A model generated the notes under the pieces. That model was not told where the DNA came from. It saw nothing but the letters and a program-made list of their open reading frames with translations, and did no database searches. This document shows, one piece after another, positions 47,836 through 59,650 of a stretch of DNA of 64,000 nucleotides. This DNA is from Candidatus Multivoradales bacterium. GTDB taxonomy: Bacteria > Acidobacteriota > Thermoanaerobaculia > Multivoradales > JAHEKO01. Location: assembly GCA_965223155.1 (NCBI GenBank), contig CBDCVR010000013.1, forward strand, positions 416,001-480,000. The letters are read 5' to 3'. Each line of letters begins with the position of its first letter. The stretch's first letter is position 1. The position numbers and the translations under genes are program-made.

Positions 47836-48834
47836 CTACCCGCAGCCCCCCGAGGAGGGATGCTTGCAGAAGTTGTTGACCGCAGCCGTGATCGAGCTAA
47901 AGGGACCGGTATGGACACCTTCGTTGGTCGTGCGCTCACCGATCCAATCGATGTGCACCCGCCCACCCGACTCGAAGCGAAGGCCCAGGCGCCGCTTGCC
48001 CGCCGGCGAAGCCCAGCGCTGGAGCTTCACGACCGAGCTCTGATCGGAACCCGAAAGAGCGCCGCCCGAACCGCAACCACCGGCCGCGGCGCAGTGCGCG
48101 TTCACCGCGGGAGCGATGCTGCTATAGGGGCCCACGGCGCTGATGACACCGCTGACCCGGCGGTCGACGTAGTGCCGGCCACCACCCTGGAGGCGCAGCT
48201 GGACGCCGCGGCTACCGCTCGCCCACTGCCGCAGCCGGACGATACCGACCTGGTCGGCACCCGAAAGTGCGCCTGAGGGCGGGGTCGTGCCGCCGCCGCC
48301 ACCGCCACCACCACCCCCACCGGAGCCCCCGCCCCCGCCGCCGCCCGGATTGGTCGGCGCGACGTCTCGAATCAAGGGGCTCGCGCCGTCAATCGCGACG
48401 GCCCCGGCGAGCTGGAAGGCGTTCTTGGGGCCCACCCTGGGCATACCCTTGAACTGGAAGTTGAAGACCACCACGTCTCCGGCCTTCATGGGCTTGACCG
48501 ACTGGCAGTCGCCGGCGCCGTTCCGGCGCACGTTCGAGCTCAGCCCGAATGTCGTCGGGTTCTCTTGATCCTGCCGCGAGATCTCGACCTGGGCGTCGAC
48601 CCGGCCGCGATTGCTGAGAGCGAGGTTATTGACATAGCCCATGCACACCAGGACGTCGCCTTCGGCGTCGGTGGGCAGGACGATCGAACGCTGGAGAGCG
48701 GTCGGGTGCTTCTCGCCCCCACCGAGGAAGCGGGAATCCCCGAAGTGGACCCAGTCTGCGCTCGCCGGAGCGACCGCGATCAGGGCCAGGACGGGCACAA
48801 GCGCCCACAGGAGTCGTTTCGAAAGCTTCTTCAT
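47836..48834 (-). CDS. Secreted hypothetical protein with poly-Gly linker and two tandem C-terminal Cys-containing repeats
   Basis: Signal ..APASA/DWVHF; repeats GALSGxDQ..L..WAS..GPxSSI..AVN..C..GGCG. Confidence 0.8.
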   Translation of the reverse strand: MKKLSKRLLWALVPVLALIAVAPASADWVHFGDSRFLGGGEKHPTALQRSIVLPTDAEGDVLVCMGYVNNLALSNRGRVDAQVEISRQDQENPTTFGLSSNVRRNGAGDCQSVKPMKAGDVVVFNFQFKGMPRVGPKNAFQLAGAVAIDGASPLIRDVAPTNPGGGGGGGSGGGGGGGGGGGTTPPSGALSGADQVGIVRLRQWASGSRGVQLRLQGGGRHYVDRRVSGVISAVGPYSSIAPAVNAHCAAAGGCGSGGALSGSDQSSVVKLQRWASPAGKRRLGLRFESGGRVHIDWIGERTTNEGVHTGPFSSITAAVNNFCKHPSSGGCG

Positions 48835-48844
48835 CGGGTCGCTC

Positions 48845-49336
48845 CTATTCCACCGGCTCGAGAGGGTTCTCGCCCGCGACGGCGATCGCCGCCGAGGTCT
48901 GCACGAGATTTCCCTCGGCGACTCTGGGCATGTTCTTGAACTTGAATCGAAATACCACGACGTCGCCTTCGGCCAAAGGAGCGATCCGCTCGCAGCCCTC
49001 GGACTCGTTCTCCTTCACCGATCCGGCCATCTCGACCATCTCATTCTCCTCGGCCTCGGCGCGGGAGATCTCGACCACCACATCCAGCTTGCCCTTCTTG
49101 CCGTTGTTGTGGTTGTTGGCGTACTTGTAGCAAACCTCGGTCTTGCCTTCGGTGGCCGTCGGCAGCACGAGGCTGCGCTCGAGCGTCTTCGGATGCTTCT
49201 TCTTCTTGCCCTCGGCGTGGAACATGGACTCGCTAAAGTGGAGCCAGTCGGCCGATGCAGGGGCGGCTACGGCCAGAATGGCCGTTACGGTCAGCGCCGC
49301 CGCTCCGATGCGCTGAGCCGTCGTCAATCGGTTCAT
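48845..49336 (-). CDS. Secreted hypothetical protein, paralog of the N-terminal domain of the adjacent gene
   Basis: GGAGG SD; APASADWLHF, KHPKTLERSLVLPT, GDVVVFRFKFKNMPRV. Confidence 0.8.
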   Translation of the reverse strand: MNRLTTAQRIGAAALTVTAILAVAAPASADWLHFSESMFHAEGKKKKHPKTLERSLVLPTATEGKTEVCYKYANNHNNGKKGKLDVVVEISRAEAEENEMVEMAGSVKENESEGCERIAPLAEGDVVVFRFKFKNMPRVAEGNLVQTSAAIAVAGENPLEPVE

Positions 49337-49580
49337 GAAACCTCCTCGTGCCGGTGCTCTCCCGGGCTTGGTGCTTCCCACGGTGTAACTGCTGCCGGAA
49401 CTATTGAATGATGCAGAGGATCGATCCCGGACGGGATCGCCGTTAACCCTACCCACAGACGGCGCCCCGGTCAAGTTCGCCCTCCTAGTCCGCCGCCTTC
49501 TTTGCAAATCTCGTGCGAGGGGCCCGCAAGTCGGCGCGCCAGGGCCCGATTCCCAAACTGGCGATTCCTTACGATTTTCC

Positions 49581-49608
49581 TTGACAGACGGTCCGGCTTC
49601 AGTAGAAT
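49581..49608 (+). promoter_or_regulatory. sigma70 promoter of the M23 peptidase gene
   Basis: TTGACA-16-TAGAAT. Confidence 0.65.
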
Positions 49609-49667
49609 GGCGCCCGGTCCTCCGGCTCCGAACTCCGAGACGGTCGATTTTTCTCCCGACAGCTCGC

Positions 49668-50546
49668 ATGGATTCGAAGAAGCACACCATCATTTTTGTG
49701 CCCCATGCCCGGGCTCGCTTCATCAAGTGGCGCATCTCCGGCCGCGTCCTGACCGGAATCGCCGCGGGGCTCGGCTTTTTTCTGTTGCTGTCGCTAGTGA
49801 CGACCTGGTCGTTCTTTACCAACAACATCGACCGGAACGAGCTGGCCCGGATCCAGGAAGAGAACCAGCAGCTTCGCGATGTCAACCGTTCGTTCGAGGA
49901 CAGCATCGGCGACCTCGAGAATCAGCTCGCCAACTTCGAGCAGAGAACGCGCCAACTGGCGATCGTGGCGGGCCTGGAGACCACGGCGGGGAGTCCCGAG
50001 TCGGGCATCGGTGGCGCCGAGCTCGTCCCCGCTTCCCTGTCCGCTGTAGGGGACGGCGACTTCGACGTTCTCCGCGCTCGCGCCGGAGACGTCTTGACTA
50101 GCCTCGACTCGATCCAGAAGCAGTTTGACGAGCGCGAGCGCTGGATCTCGTCCACGCCGGTGATCGAGCCCGTGCGCGGAATTCTGACGTCCGGATTCGG
50201 CTACCGCAGGGATCCTGTAACCGGACGCCCCGCCAGCCACTTCGGCGTCGACATCGCGACCGCGCCCGGCCGCGCCGTCCAGGCACCCGCCACCGGCATC
50301 GTGGTACGTGCCGGCCGCATCGGCAGTCTGGGCGAGGCCGTCTACATTTCCCACGGATACGGGGTGACGACTCGCTATGGCCACCTCTCCGAGGTCTTGG
50401 TCTCCCCCGGGCAGCGCGTTTCCCGCGGGGACACCATCGGCAAGGTGGGCAGCACCGGCAAAGCCACCGGCTACCACCTCCACTACGAAGTCCGCATCGA
50501 CGGCGAGCCGGTCAATCCGATCGCCTACATGTTGGATCGTTCGTAG
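49668..50546 (+). CDS. M23-family metallopeptidase with TM anchor and coiled coil
   Basis: HFGVD, YGHL and HLHYEV motifs. Confidence 0.93.
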   Translation: MDSKKHTIIFVPHARARFIKWRISGRVLTGIAAGLGFFLLLSLVTTWSFFTNNIDRNELARIQEENQQLRDVNRSFEDSIGDLENQLANFEQRTRQLAIVAGLETTAGSPESGIGGAELVPASLSAVGDGDFDVLRARAGDVLTSLDSIQKQFDERERWISSTPVIEPVRGILTSGFGYRRDPVTGRPASHFGVDIATAPGRAVQAPATGIVVRAGRIGSLGEAVYISHGYGVTTRYGHLSEVLVSPGQRVSRGDTIGKVGSTGKATGYHLHYEVRIDGEPVNPIAYMLDRS

Positions 50547-50678
50547 CGTCTTCTCACATCGCACCCGATCTCGGGGTCGCGTGGAGGCGCCGAGGAACGC
50601 GGGCCGGGAACAAATTCGGGCCGCCGGCGGTTTGCTAGACTGGCTCGCCCGTCGGCCCGGGCCCCTCGGTCTCGAATC

Positions 50679-53384
<2,706 letters not shown>

Positions 53385-53427
53385 GGGCTCGGGCCGCCCT
53401 TCGACCGGGGCTCGCCCTAGACCGGCG

Positions 53428-54624
53428 CTACCAGTCGGTGTAGCCGGCGCGGGTGCGAACGCTGGCGCCGCCGTCGACGCGGACCCGGACGTTGTGCCAG
53501 GAGCCGTCGTTGCGCCGCTCGGAGGGGTAGTACCCGATCACGTACTGCCCGCGAAGCTCCGCCAGGATCTCTCCAAAGGCTCCGGCCAACTCGTCCGGAT
53601 CCTGCACGATCTGGATTCGTCCACCGCTCTCGTCAACCGCCCGGCGCAGCCTCCGGAACTCGGTTCGGTTGCCGTCGACGTCCCGCCATGAGCTCGTATA
53701 GGTGGGAATGGCCTCGGGGTCCGGAGCGTGGGTCAGGTAGATCCAGTAGATGAGGCTGGCGCTCCGGCGCGCCTTCTCCAGGACGTCGTCCATGCCCAGT
53801 ACGCTGTGCACGTCGGCACCGTCGGAGAACACGACCAGAACGCGCCGGCCTTGCTGGCGCTCCACCTGCTGCAGCGCGAGGAAGAGATGATCGGTGAGCG
53901 CGGTGCCGCCGGCGGCAACGACGTCTTCGAGCGCCGGCGCCAGCTCCGCTGCCGAATCCTCGAATCCGGTCGCCCGGAGCAACTGGTCCGAAAACAGCAT
54001 CACGCTCACCTCGTCCAGTTCGCGCATGCCGTTCAAGAAGACTCGAGCGCCTTCGAGGGCGCCGTCCAACCGCTCGCCCGTCATGCTGAGACTGCTGTCC
54101 AGCAGCAGCACCGCTGTCAGCGGTACGTCGCCGCGCTCGAACGTCACGATCTTCTGCGGAGTGCCCTCGTCCAAGACGCGAAAATCGCCGCGCTCGAGAT
54201 CCAGCCGGCGCCGGCCGCCTTCGGTGACGGTCACGTAGAGCTGCTGCAGCTCGATGTCCACGAGCTCATCGACGCGGAGCTTGGGTGTCGTAATCCGGCC
54301 TCTGGCCTGCGAGCCCGAGACCGTCTCGAGCACGACCTCGAAAACATGTTCGACGTTGTCCTGGCCGACGTCCACCAGGGCCTGGTACGGCGGACTGGTC
54401 ACCCGCATTTCGGACTTGCCATCGACCAGAAAGTCGACGTGCCGGACAGGCTCGTCCGAAACCGCCGTGGCCACGACCTCGACCAAACCGGAGACAAAAT
54501 CGGTGCCGAGTGGATAGTCGATGAAGATCCGTGGCTCTTCGGCTAGGGCCGGCCGAGCGAACCCCAAGAGCAGGACGCCGGCGACCAGCGCTCGTCCCGC
54601 CACTCGCCACATTCGCCGGCTCAC
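53428..54624 (-). CDS. Secreted Ig-like plus VWA-domain protein (acidobacterial VWFA type)
   Basis: MIDAS DSSLSM, GGTAL, FSDGAD, ESGG, ELRGQYVIGY. Confidence 0.88.
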   Translation of the reverse strand: MSRRMWRVAGRALVAGVLLLGFARPALAEEPRIFIDYPLGTDFVSGLVEVVATAVSDEPVRHVDFLVDGKSEMRVTSPPYQALVDVGQDNVEHVFEVVLETVSGSQARGRITTPKLRVDELVDIELQQLYVTVTEGGRRRLDLERGDFRVLDEGTPQKIVTFERGDVPLTAVLLLDSSLSMTGERLDGALEGARVFLNGMRELDEVSVMLFSDQLLRATGFEDSAAELAPALEDVVAAGGTALTDHLFLALQQVERQQGRRVLVVFSDGADVHSVLGMDDVLEKARRSASLIYWIYLTHAPDPEAIPTYTSSWRDVDGNRTEFRRLRRAVDESGGRIQIVQDPDELAGAFGEILAELRGQYVIGYYPSERRNDGSWHNVRVRVDGGASVRTRAGYTDW

Positions 54625-55748
54625 GAAGCGTCCTCCCCGTCTTCCTCCCCGCCCAGCCCCAGGCCGGAAGCCAGAAGAGGCAGCCGGTCGGTCATGGCCT
54701 GGATGAGCCCCGCGCGGGCTTCCTCGAGTCCGGCCCTGGGGTAGGAGTCGTAGATCTGGCGCGGGCCCGAGCCGCTGGCCGTCTGCTCGCTCAACCGATT
54801 GAGGAGATTCCAGGCCTCGGTCCGACGCTTCGAACCCTCGAGCAGCCGGATCAGCTGAAGGGTCAGGTTCTGGTCACCGGGCAGTTCCTCCAGCGCGCCC
54901 CGGAGCACGGTCTCGGCCGCGTCCACTCGACCGAGTTGGATCAGAAGGCGGGCGCGCTCCTGCGCCGCGATCGAGCGGATCCATTCCGCCGTCGCCTCGC
55001 TCGCCAGGCGCTCCAGGTCCCGTAGCGCGGCTTGCTGGGTCGCGTCCTGCGCTTCCGAGGCCAGCTTCGGCACGAGCCGAACTCGACATAGCGTCAGTCT
55101 CAGCTCGGCCTCCTCGAAACCCGGCCGCATTTCCAGCAAGCGCTCGAAGTATTCGACCGCCCGCTCGTACTCGCCGCCCTTTTCGAAATTGGCCCCCAGG
55201 CTCCAGATCGCGAAGACATTGCGCGGGTCCAGGGCGACGGCCTTGTAGAAGAACTCGGTCGAGCCCGCGAGCGCACGCTGCTCCTGCAAGTTCGCGGCGA
55301 AGCTGATCCGGACCCAGGCGGCGAAGTCGCGGGCAGCGCGCGAGTCCCCCTTCTCGGCGTAGAAGTCCGCCAGCTCGGTGGCCATGACCCGGGCGTGCCC
55401 GGCGAGGACGCCGCGGCCGTTCTCGAGATAGTGCTGGTAGGCCTCGTGGTGCAGCATCACGACCGGTATCAGGATGTCGGGAGGCTGGCCGTCCAACACT
55501 TCGCGCAGCACACCCAGCTTGAGCTTCCAGAAGGCCTCCAACCGCTTCTGATTCGGATCCGAGCCGAAAGCCTCGTGCTCGAGCTTAGCTAGCGGCGCCA
55601 GAGCCGGCTCGACACCCTCGGCCGCCAGGGTCCTGAGCACCGCCCGGTACCGAAGTTGGACCGTCCTGGGCCTGAGCGCGGCGCTCAACTGCGCGCTTGC
55701 GAGAAGCACGAGACCGGCGAAAACTAGGAAGGTGGATCGGCGAGGCAC
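54621..55748 (-). CDS. Secreted tetratricopeptide-repeat protein
   Basis: Signal peptide from GTG 55748; TPR pattern AVALDPRN..LG..YERAV..FER.LE.RP; GTGA overlap with the VWA gene. Confidence 0.75.
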   Translation of the reverse strand: MPRRSTFLVFAGLVLLASAQLSAALRPRTVQLRYRAVLRTLAAEGVEPALAPLAKLEHEAFGSDPNQKRLEAFWKLKLGVLREVLDGQPPDILIPVVMLHHEAYQHYLENGRGVLAGHARVMATELADFYAEKGDSRAARDFAAWVRISFAANLQEQRALAGSTEFFYKAVALDPRNVFAIWSLGANFEKGGEYERAVEYFERLLEMRPGFEEAELRLTLCRVRLVPKLASEAQDATQQAALRDLERLASEATAEWIRSIAAQERARLLIQLGRVDAAETVLRGALEELPGDQNLTLQLIRLLEGSKRRTEAWNLLNRLSEQTASGSGPRQIYDSYPRAGLEEARAGLIQAMTDRLPLLASGLGLGGEEDGEDAS

Positions 55749-55952
55749 GATGGTTTGGAACGTCCGCCCGGCGGGTTGGGGGGTCCGGGCGTGGACGGAA
55801 AAATACCACAAAGCACCACCTCCGAGCACGTGGTAACGTCCGGCGCTCAAGGCCCCCCGCAACTCGGCCCACGCTCCTCTGGAACCGCAGCGGCCGCTTC
55901 GCACGCTGCGCCCGAGGGCCATCCGCTCGCAAGCCGCTCCGGCACGTCACGA

Positions 55953-58037
55953 ATGACCGAACAACCCGAACGCCTCGAAAAGCAGCTCGGGTTCTTCTCC
56001 ATCTACGCCATCGCCACCGGTACTACGCTGAGCGCCGGGATTTTTCTGCTGCCGGGCATTGCGGCCCTCCAGGCGGGACCCGCGTTGGTCCTCTCCTACC
56101 TCCTGGCGGTGGTACCGCTGATCCCGGCCACCTGCAGCATCTTGGAGCTCTCGACCGCGCTTCCCCGCGCCGGAGGCGTCTACTATTTCCTGGACCGAAG
56201 CTTGGGGCCGGCGGTGGGCTCGGTCGGCGGCTGGGGGACCTGGCTGGCGCTGCTCCTCAAAGTGGCCTTCGCGTTGGTCGGGATGGGTGCGTACATCGCG
56301 CTGTTTCAGCCGGACCTGCCGATTCGCCCTCTGGCGATCGCGATCGCCCTTGCCCTGGGCGGACTCAATCTCTTTGGCGCGCGCAAGAGCGGCCAGGTGC
56401 AGCTCTTGCTCGTGGTCGGGCTCCTGGTCGTCTTGACTGGCTTCATCGCCATGGGTCTGGTGCGCATGGAGCCAACGCACTTCAATGACTTCACCGCTGC
56501 CGGACTGGACGGCATCGTGGCCACCGCCGGCTTGGTGTTCATCAGTTACGTCGGCGTGACCAAGGTCGCGAGCCTGTCCGAGGAAGTCGCCGATCCGGAG
56601 CGGACGCTACCCGTGGCAGTCTTCCTGGCGCTGGCCACCGCCGTGCTCATCTATGGCCTTGCGACTCTGGTCCTGGTCGGGGTGCTGCCGCTGCCCGAGT
56701 TCCAAGGCGACTTGACGCCGATGGCCTCCGCCGCCGACCGCATCCTGGGCCGCTGGGGCCTGGTGCTGGTCTCAGCCGCCGCGCTCGCCGCCTTCACCTC
56801 GGTCGCGAACGCCGGCACCCTGTCCTCCTCCCGCTATCCGCTCGCCATGAGTCGCGACCATCTGATGCCGCCGCTCTTTCGCCGGCTGAACAGCGCCAAG
56901 GTGCCGTATGCCAGCGTTGCTCTATCGACTTTGGTTCTGGTCGTGATCCTCACGTTTCTGGACGTCGCCAAGATCGCCAAGCTGGCGAGCTCGTTTCAAC
57001 TCCTCATGTTCGCCCTGGTTTGCCTGGCGGTAATCGTCCTACGCGAAAGCCGGCTCGAGGCCTACGACCCGGGATTTCGCTCGCCTCTCTACCCCTGGAT
57101 GCAGCTCTTCGGGATCGCCGCCTCGGTCGTCATGATCTGGAGCATGGGTCCACTGACCAAGTACTTCAGTCTCGGCTTCGTCGCCGCCGGCCTCCTTTGG
57201 TATCGCTTCTACGCCCACGGCAAGGTCTCCAGAAGCGGCGCCATCTACCACCTGCTGGCCCGCATCGCGAACCGGCGGCTGGACCTCGGCCTGGAATCGG
57301 AGCTGCGCCAACTCCTGCGGGAAAAGGGCCTGCGCGATGACGATCCGTTCGAGAGCACTGTCACCGCTGCGCGCTTCGTGGATCTGGACGACGAGGAGCC
57401 GGTCTTCGACGACATCACCATGGCGGTCGCGGACTCGCTCGAACTGGACGTCCCCGCCAGCCGCGACGAGCTCAATTCCGGCTTCCTGGAGGGCAACCGC
57501 CTGGGCACCACCTTGGTCGCCGACGGCGCCGCGATGCCCCATCTGCGCCTCTTCGGGATCGAACGGCCGGAACTGGTCATCGTCCGTGCCCGGCGGGGCG
57601 TCCAGGTGGACGTGACCGACGTTCACGGCGAGCATTCCCACACCGAGCCCGCTTACGCTCTCTTCTACCTGGTCAGCCCCGAGGAGAATCCCCAGCAGCA
57701 CTTCCGAATCCTGGCCGAGCTGGCCGAGCGGGTGGCCTCAGCCGGCTTTGTCGAGGCCTGGCGGCGAGCGGACGACGAGCAGAGCGTCAAAGAGATCCTC
57801 TTGCGTGACGAGCACTTTCTCTCGGTCCGCATCCGCTCTGGAGCGCCCAGCGGCGAGTTCATCGGCCGGACCATTCGCGAGATCTCGCTGGGAGACGACG
57901 TGCTCATCGCCTTGATCCATCGCCAGGGCGAGATCACCGTACCGCGCGGCCAGGTGGTCCTTCAGGAGCACGACCGGCTGACCCTGCTAGGAGAGCCGAC
58001 GCGCATCCTGAGCCTGCGAGAGCGGTTCTCGCCGTAG
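55953..58037 (+). CDS. APC-family amino-acid permease fused to PTS EIIA-like and TrkA-C (RCK_C) domains
   Basis: About 12 TM APC core (GIFLLPG, PRAGG.Y, SEEV.DPER.LP); GAAMPHLR EIIA His motif; C-terminal RCK_C. Confidence 0.88.
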   Translation: MTEQPERLEKQLGFFSIYAIATGTTLSAGIFLLPGIAALQAGPALVLSYLLAVVPLIPATCSILELSTALPRAGGVYYFLDRSLGPAVGSVGGWGTWLALLLKVAFALVGMGAYIALFQPDLPIRPLAIAIALALGGLNLFGARKSGQVQLLLVVGLLVVLTGFIAMGLVRMEPTHFNDFTAAGLDGIVATAGLVFISYVGVTKVASLSEEVADPERTLPVAVFLALATAVLIYGLATLVLVGVLPLPEFQGDLTPMASAADRILGRWGLVLVSAAALAAFTSVANAGTLSSSRYPLAMSRDHLMPPLFRRLNSAKVPYASVALSTLVLVVILTFLDVAKIAKLASSFQLLMFALVCLAVIVLRESRLEAYDPGFRSPLYPWMQLFGIAASVVMIWSMGPLTKYFSLGFVAAGLLWYRFYAHGKVSRSGAIYHLLARIANRRLDLGLESELRQLLREKGLRDDDPFESTVTAARFVDLDDEEPVFDDITMAVADSLELDVPASRDELNSGFLEGNRLGTTLVADGAAMPHLRLFGIERPELVIVRARRGVQVDVTDVHGEHSHTEPAYALFYLVSPEENPQQHFRILAELAERVASAGFVEAWRRADDEQSVKEILLRDEHFLSVRIRSGAPSGEFIGRTIREISLGDDVLIALIHRQGEITVPRGQVVLQEHDRLTLLGEPTRILSLRERFSP

Positions 58038-58081
58038 ACTCGCCCACTCAAGCGTCATTGGCGCCTCTCTTGGCGGGACGA

Positions 58082-59650
58082 TCAGGCCAGGAGCAGCGGC
58101 AGGCGCTCGATTGCCGTAGCCTGGGACAACCCCAGCAGGTGAGCGCCCCGGACCACCGCGTCGAGATCGACCGGGTACAGGTTCCGGCGGCCGGGCTCGG
58201 CCAGGCCGGCCAGATTCCAAGGCTCGATCGCCCGCCGGATCCACCGCTCGAAAGACTCGTCCCGGTTCTCGAAGTCCGAGGCCGCGAGACGACGACATGC
58301 CTCATCCAGCAGGGCCTCCCGCTCGGGCCGGCCGCCTCCCAGGAATCCCGACCAATGAGCCCGCTCGCGTCGCTCCAGCAGCATCCGTTGCTCCACTTCA
58401 GCAAAGCTCACCAGCGAGAAGTACAGGAGCGCGTGGGCGATGGCGCGGCCAGGACGCTCGCGTGCCAGGTAGGCACCATGGACCAGCCGTTCGATCTGAT
58501 CGGCCTCGGCGGCGAGAAGCGCGGCGTAGCGGCCGGTGTCGGGCTCGTCCCCGCACAAGATCTCGGACAGGCGCTCCACCGCGATCAGGGTCCAAGCGAT
58601 GCCGGTGGAGAACAGCGGTTCGAAGAATGCGTAGGCGTGCGGCAAGGCCGCCCAGGAGACGCCGGCGGGCCGCTCACGACGGTACTGGAGCTCGGGCACC
58701 GAGCGCCAGGGACGGATCGGCCGAGCGGTCTCGAACACCTCGGCCAAGGTGGGATACCGGGCCACGACTCGCGTCCACAGCGCCTTGGGCTCCCGCTTGG
58801 AGAGCGCGGCCCGGGCCTCTCGATCGATGGTAACCAGGCCCACGCTCGTCACCCCGCCATCAAAGGGAAGAAGGTAGATCCAGCCCTCGTCCACGAAGTG
58901 ATGCACCGCGGCCCGAAACTCCGCATACGGCCCCGGCTCCGCACCCCTCAAGACGGGCGGCGCGGCCTCGACGCCTTCGAGATGGCTGAAGAGCAGTCCC
59001 GACCGGAAGCGCGCCGGGCGCGGGCGGCGTTCGGCGCCCAGGGTTTGGCTCACGACTCCAGCCCTCCCGGACGCATCGACCACGAATCCCGCCCGGACGG
59101 CCTCAGTCGGACCGCGGTTGTCCGTCGAGGCTAGCTCCAGACGCATTCCACCCGGCTCCACCACGACGTCGACGACCTCGGTGTTCTCACGGAGCTCGAC
59201 CCCGCGATCCCGGGCCCGGGCCGCCAGGAACGCGTCTACGTCGGCCCGCAGCCAGTGCGTGTCGGCCAGCTCATCGTCAGGCGAAGCCGCCACCAGGAGG
59301 CGCCGGCCGGCGGCCGGGTCCGGATCGAACCGCTGCCCGGGCCGATGCCACCAGAACGTGAAGCCGCGCTTGAGGCCGCGCTCGAGCTCGGGTCGCCGCT
59401 TGCGCCAGCGCCCATAGGTGGCCAGATCGCGAAGCTCCGGGAACTCGTACCTCCCGGCCAGGCGTTGGAGGCTCAGGTTGGCAAGCGGCGTCGTCGACTC
59501 ACCCAGGGCAAAGCGCGGATGCCTTCCCCGCTCAACCACGAGGACCCTCCGTCCCCGAGAAGCCAGGCAGCCTCCCAGTATCGTGCCCCCGAAACCGCCG
59601 CCCACGATGGCGACGTCGTACCGGTCCCCGGCTCGGCCTCCGCTCATCAT
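58082..59650 (-). CDS. Flavin-dependent halogenase-like protein (PrnC / tryptophan-halogenase family)
   Basis: GGGFGG, HPRFALGES, GLKRGFTF (candidate catalytic Lys), DASG, GWIYLLP (WxWxIP variant), FFEPLFSTG. Confidence 0.8.
   Translation of the reverse strand: MMSGGRAGDRYDVAIVGGGFGGTILGGCLASRGRRVLVVERGRHPRFALGESTTPLANLSLQRLAGRYEFPELRDLATYGRWRKRRPELERGLKRGFTFWWHRPGQRFDPDPAAGRRLLVAASPDDELADTHWLRADVDAFLAARARDRGVELRENTEVVDVVVEPGGMRLELASTDNRGPTEAVRAGFVVDASGRAGVVSQTLGAERRPRPARFRSGLLFSHLEGVEAAPPVLRGAEPGPYAEFRAAVHHFVDEGWIYLLPFDGGVTSVGLVTIDREARAALSKREPKALWTRVVARYPTLAEVFETARPIRPWRSVPELQYRRERPAGVSWAALPHAYAFFEPLFSTGIAWTLIAVERLSEILCGDEPDTGRYAALLAAEADQIERLVHGAYLARERPGRAIAHALLYFSLVSFAEVEQRMLLERRERAHWSGFLGGGRPEREALLDEACRRLAASDFENRDESFERWIRRAIEPWNLAGLAEPGRRNLYPVDLDAVVRGAHLLGLSQATAIERLPLLLA

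Noticed and set aside
48285-48350. Short GC-rich tandem repeats here and at about 7965-8035 as CRISPR or VNTR
   Set aside because: They are poly-Gly and poly-Pro linker codons within CDSs, with no repeat-spacer periodicity and no cas genes
49503-49518. sigma54-like site TCGCACGAGATTTGCA on the minus strand upstream of the secreted-protein cluster
   Set aside because: The invariant GG at -24 is CG, and a sigma70-like TTGACC-17-TAGGGT closer to the gene is a better candidate
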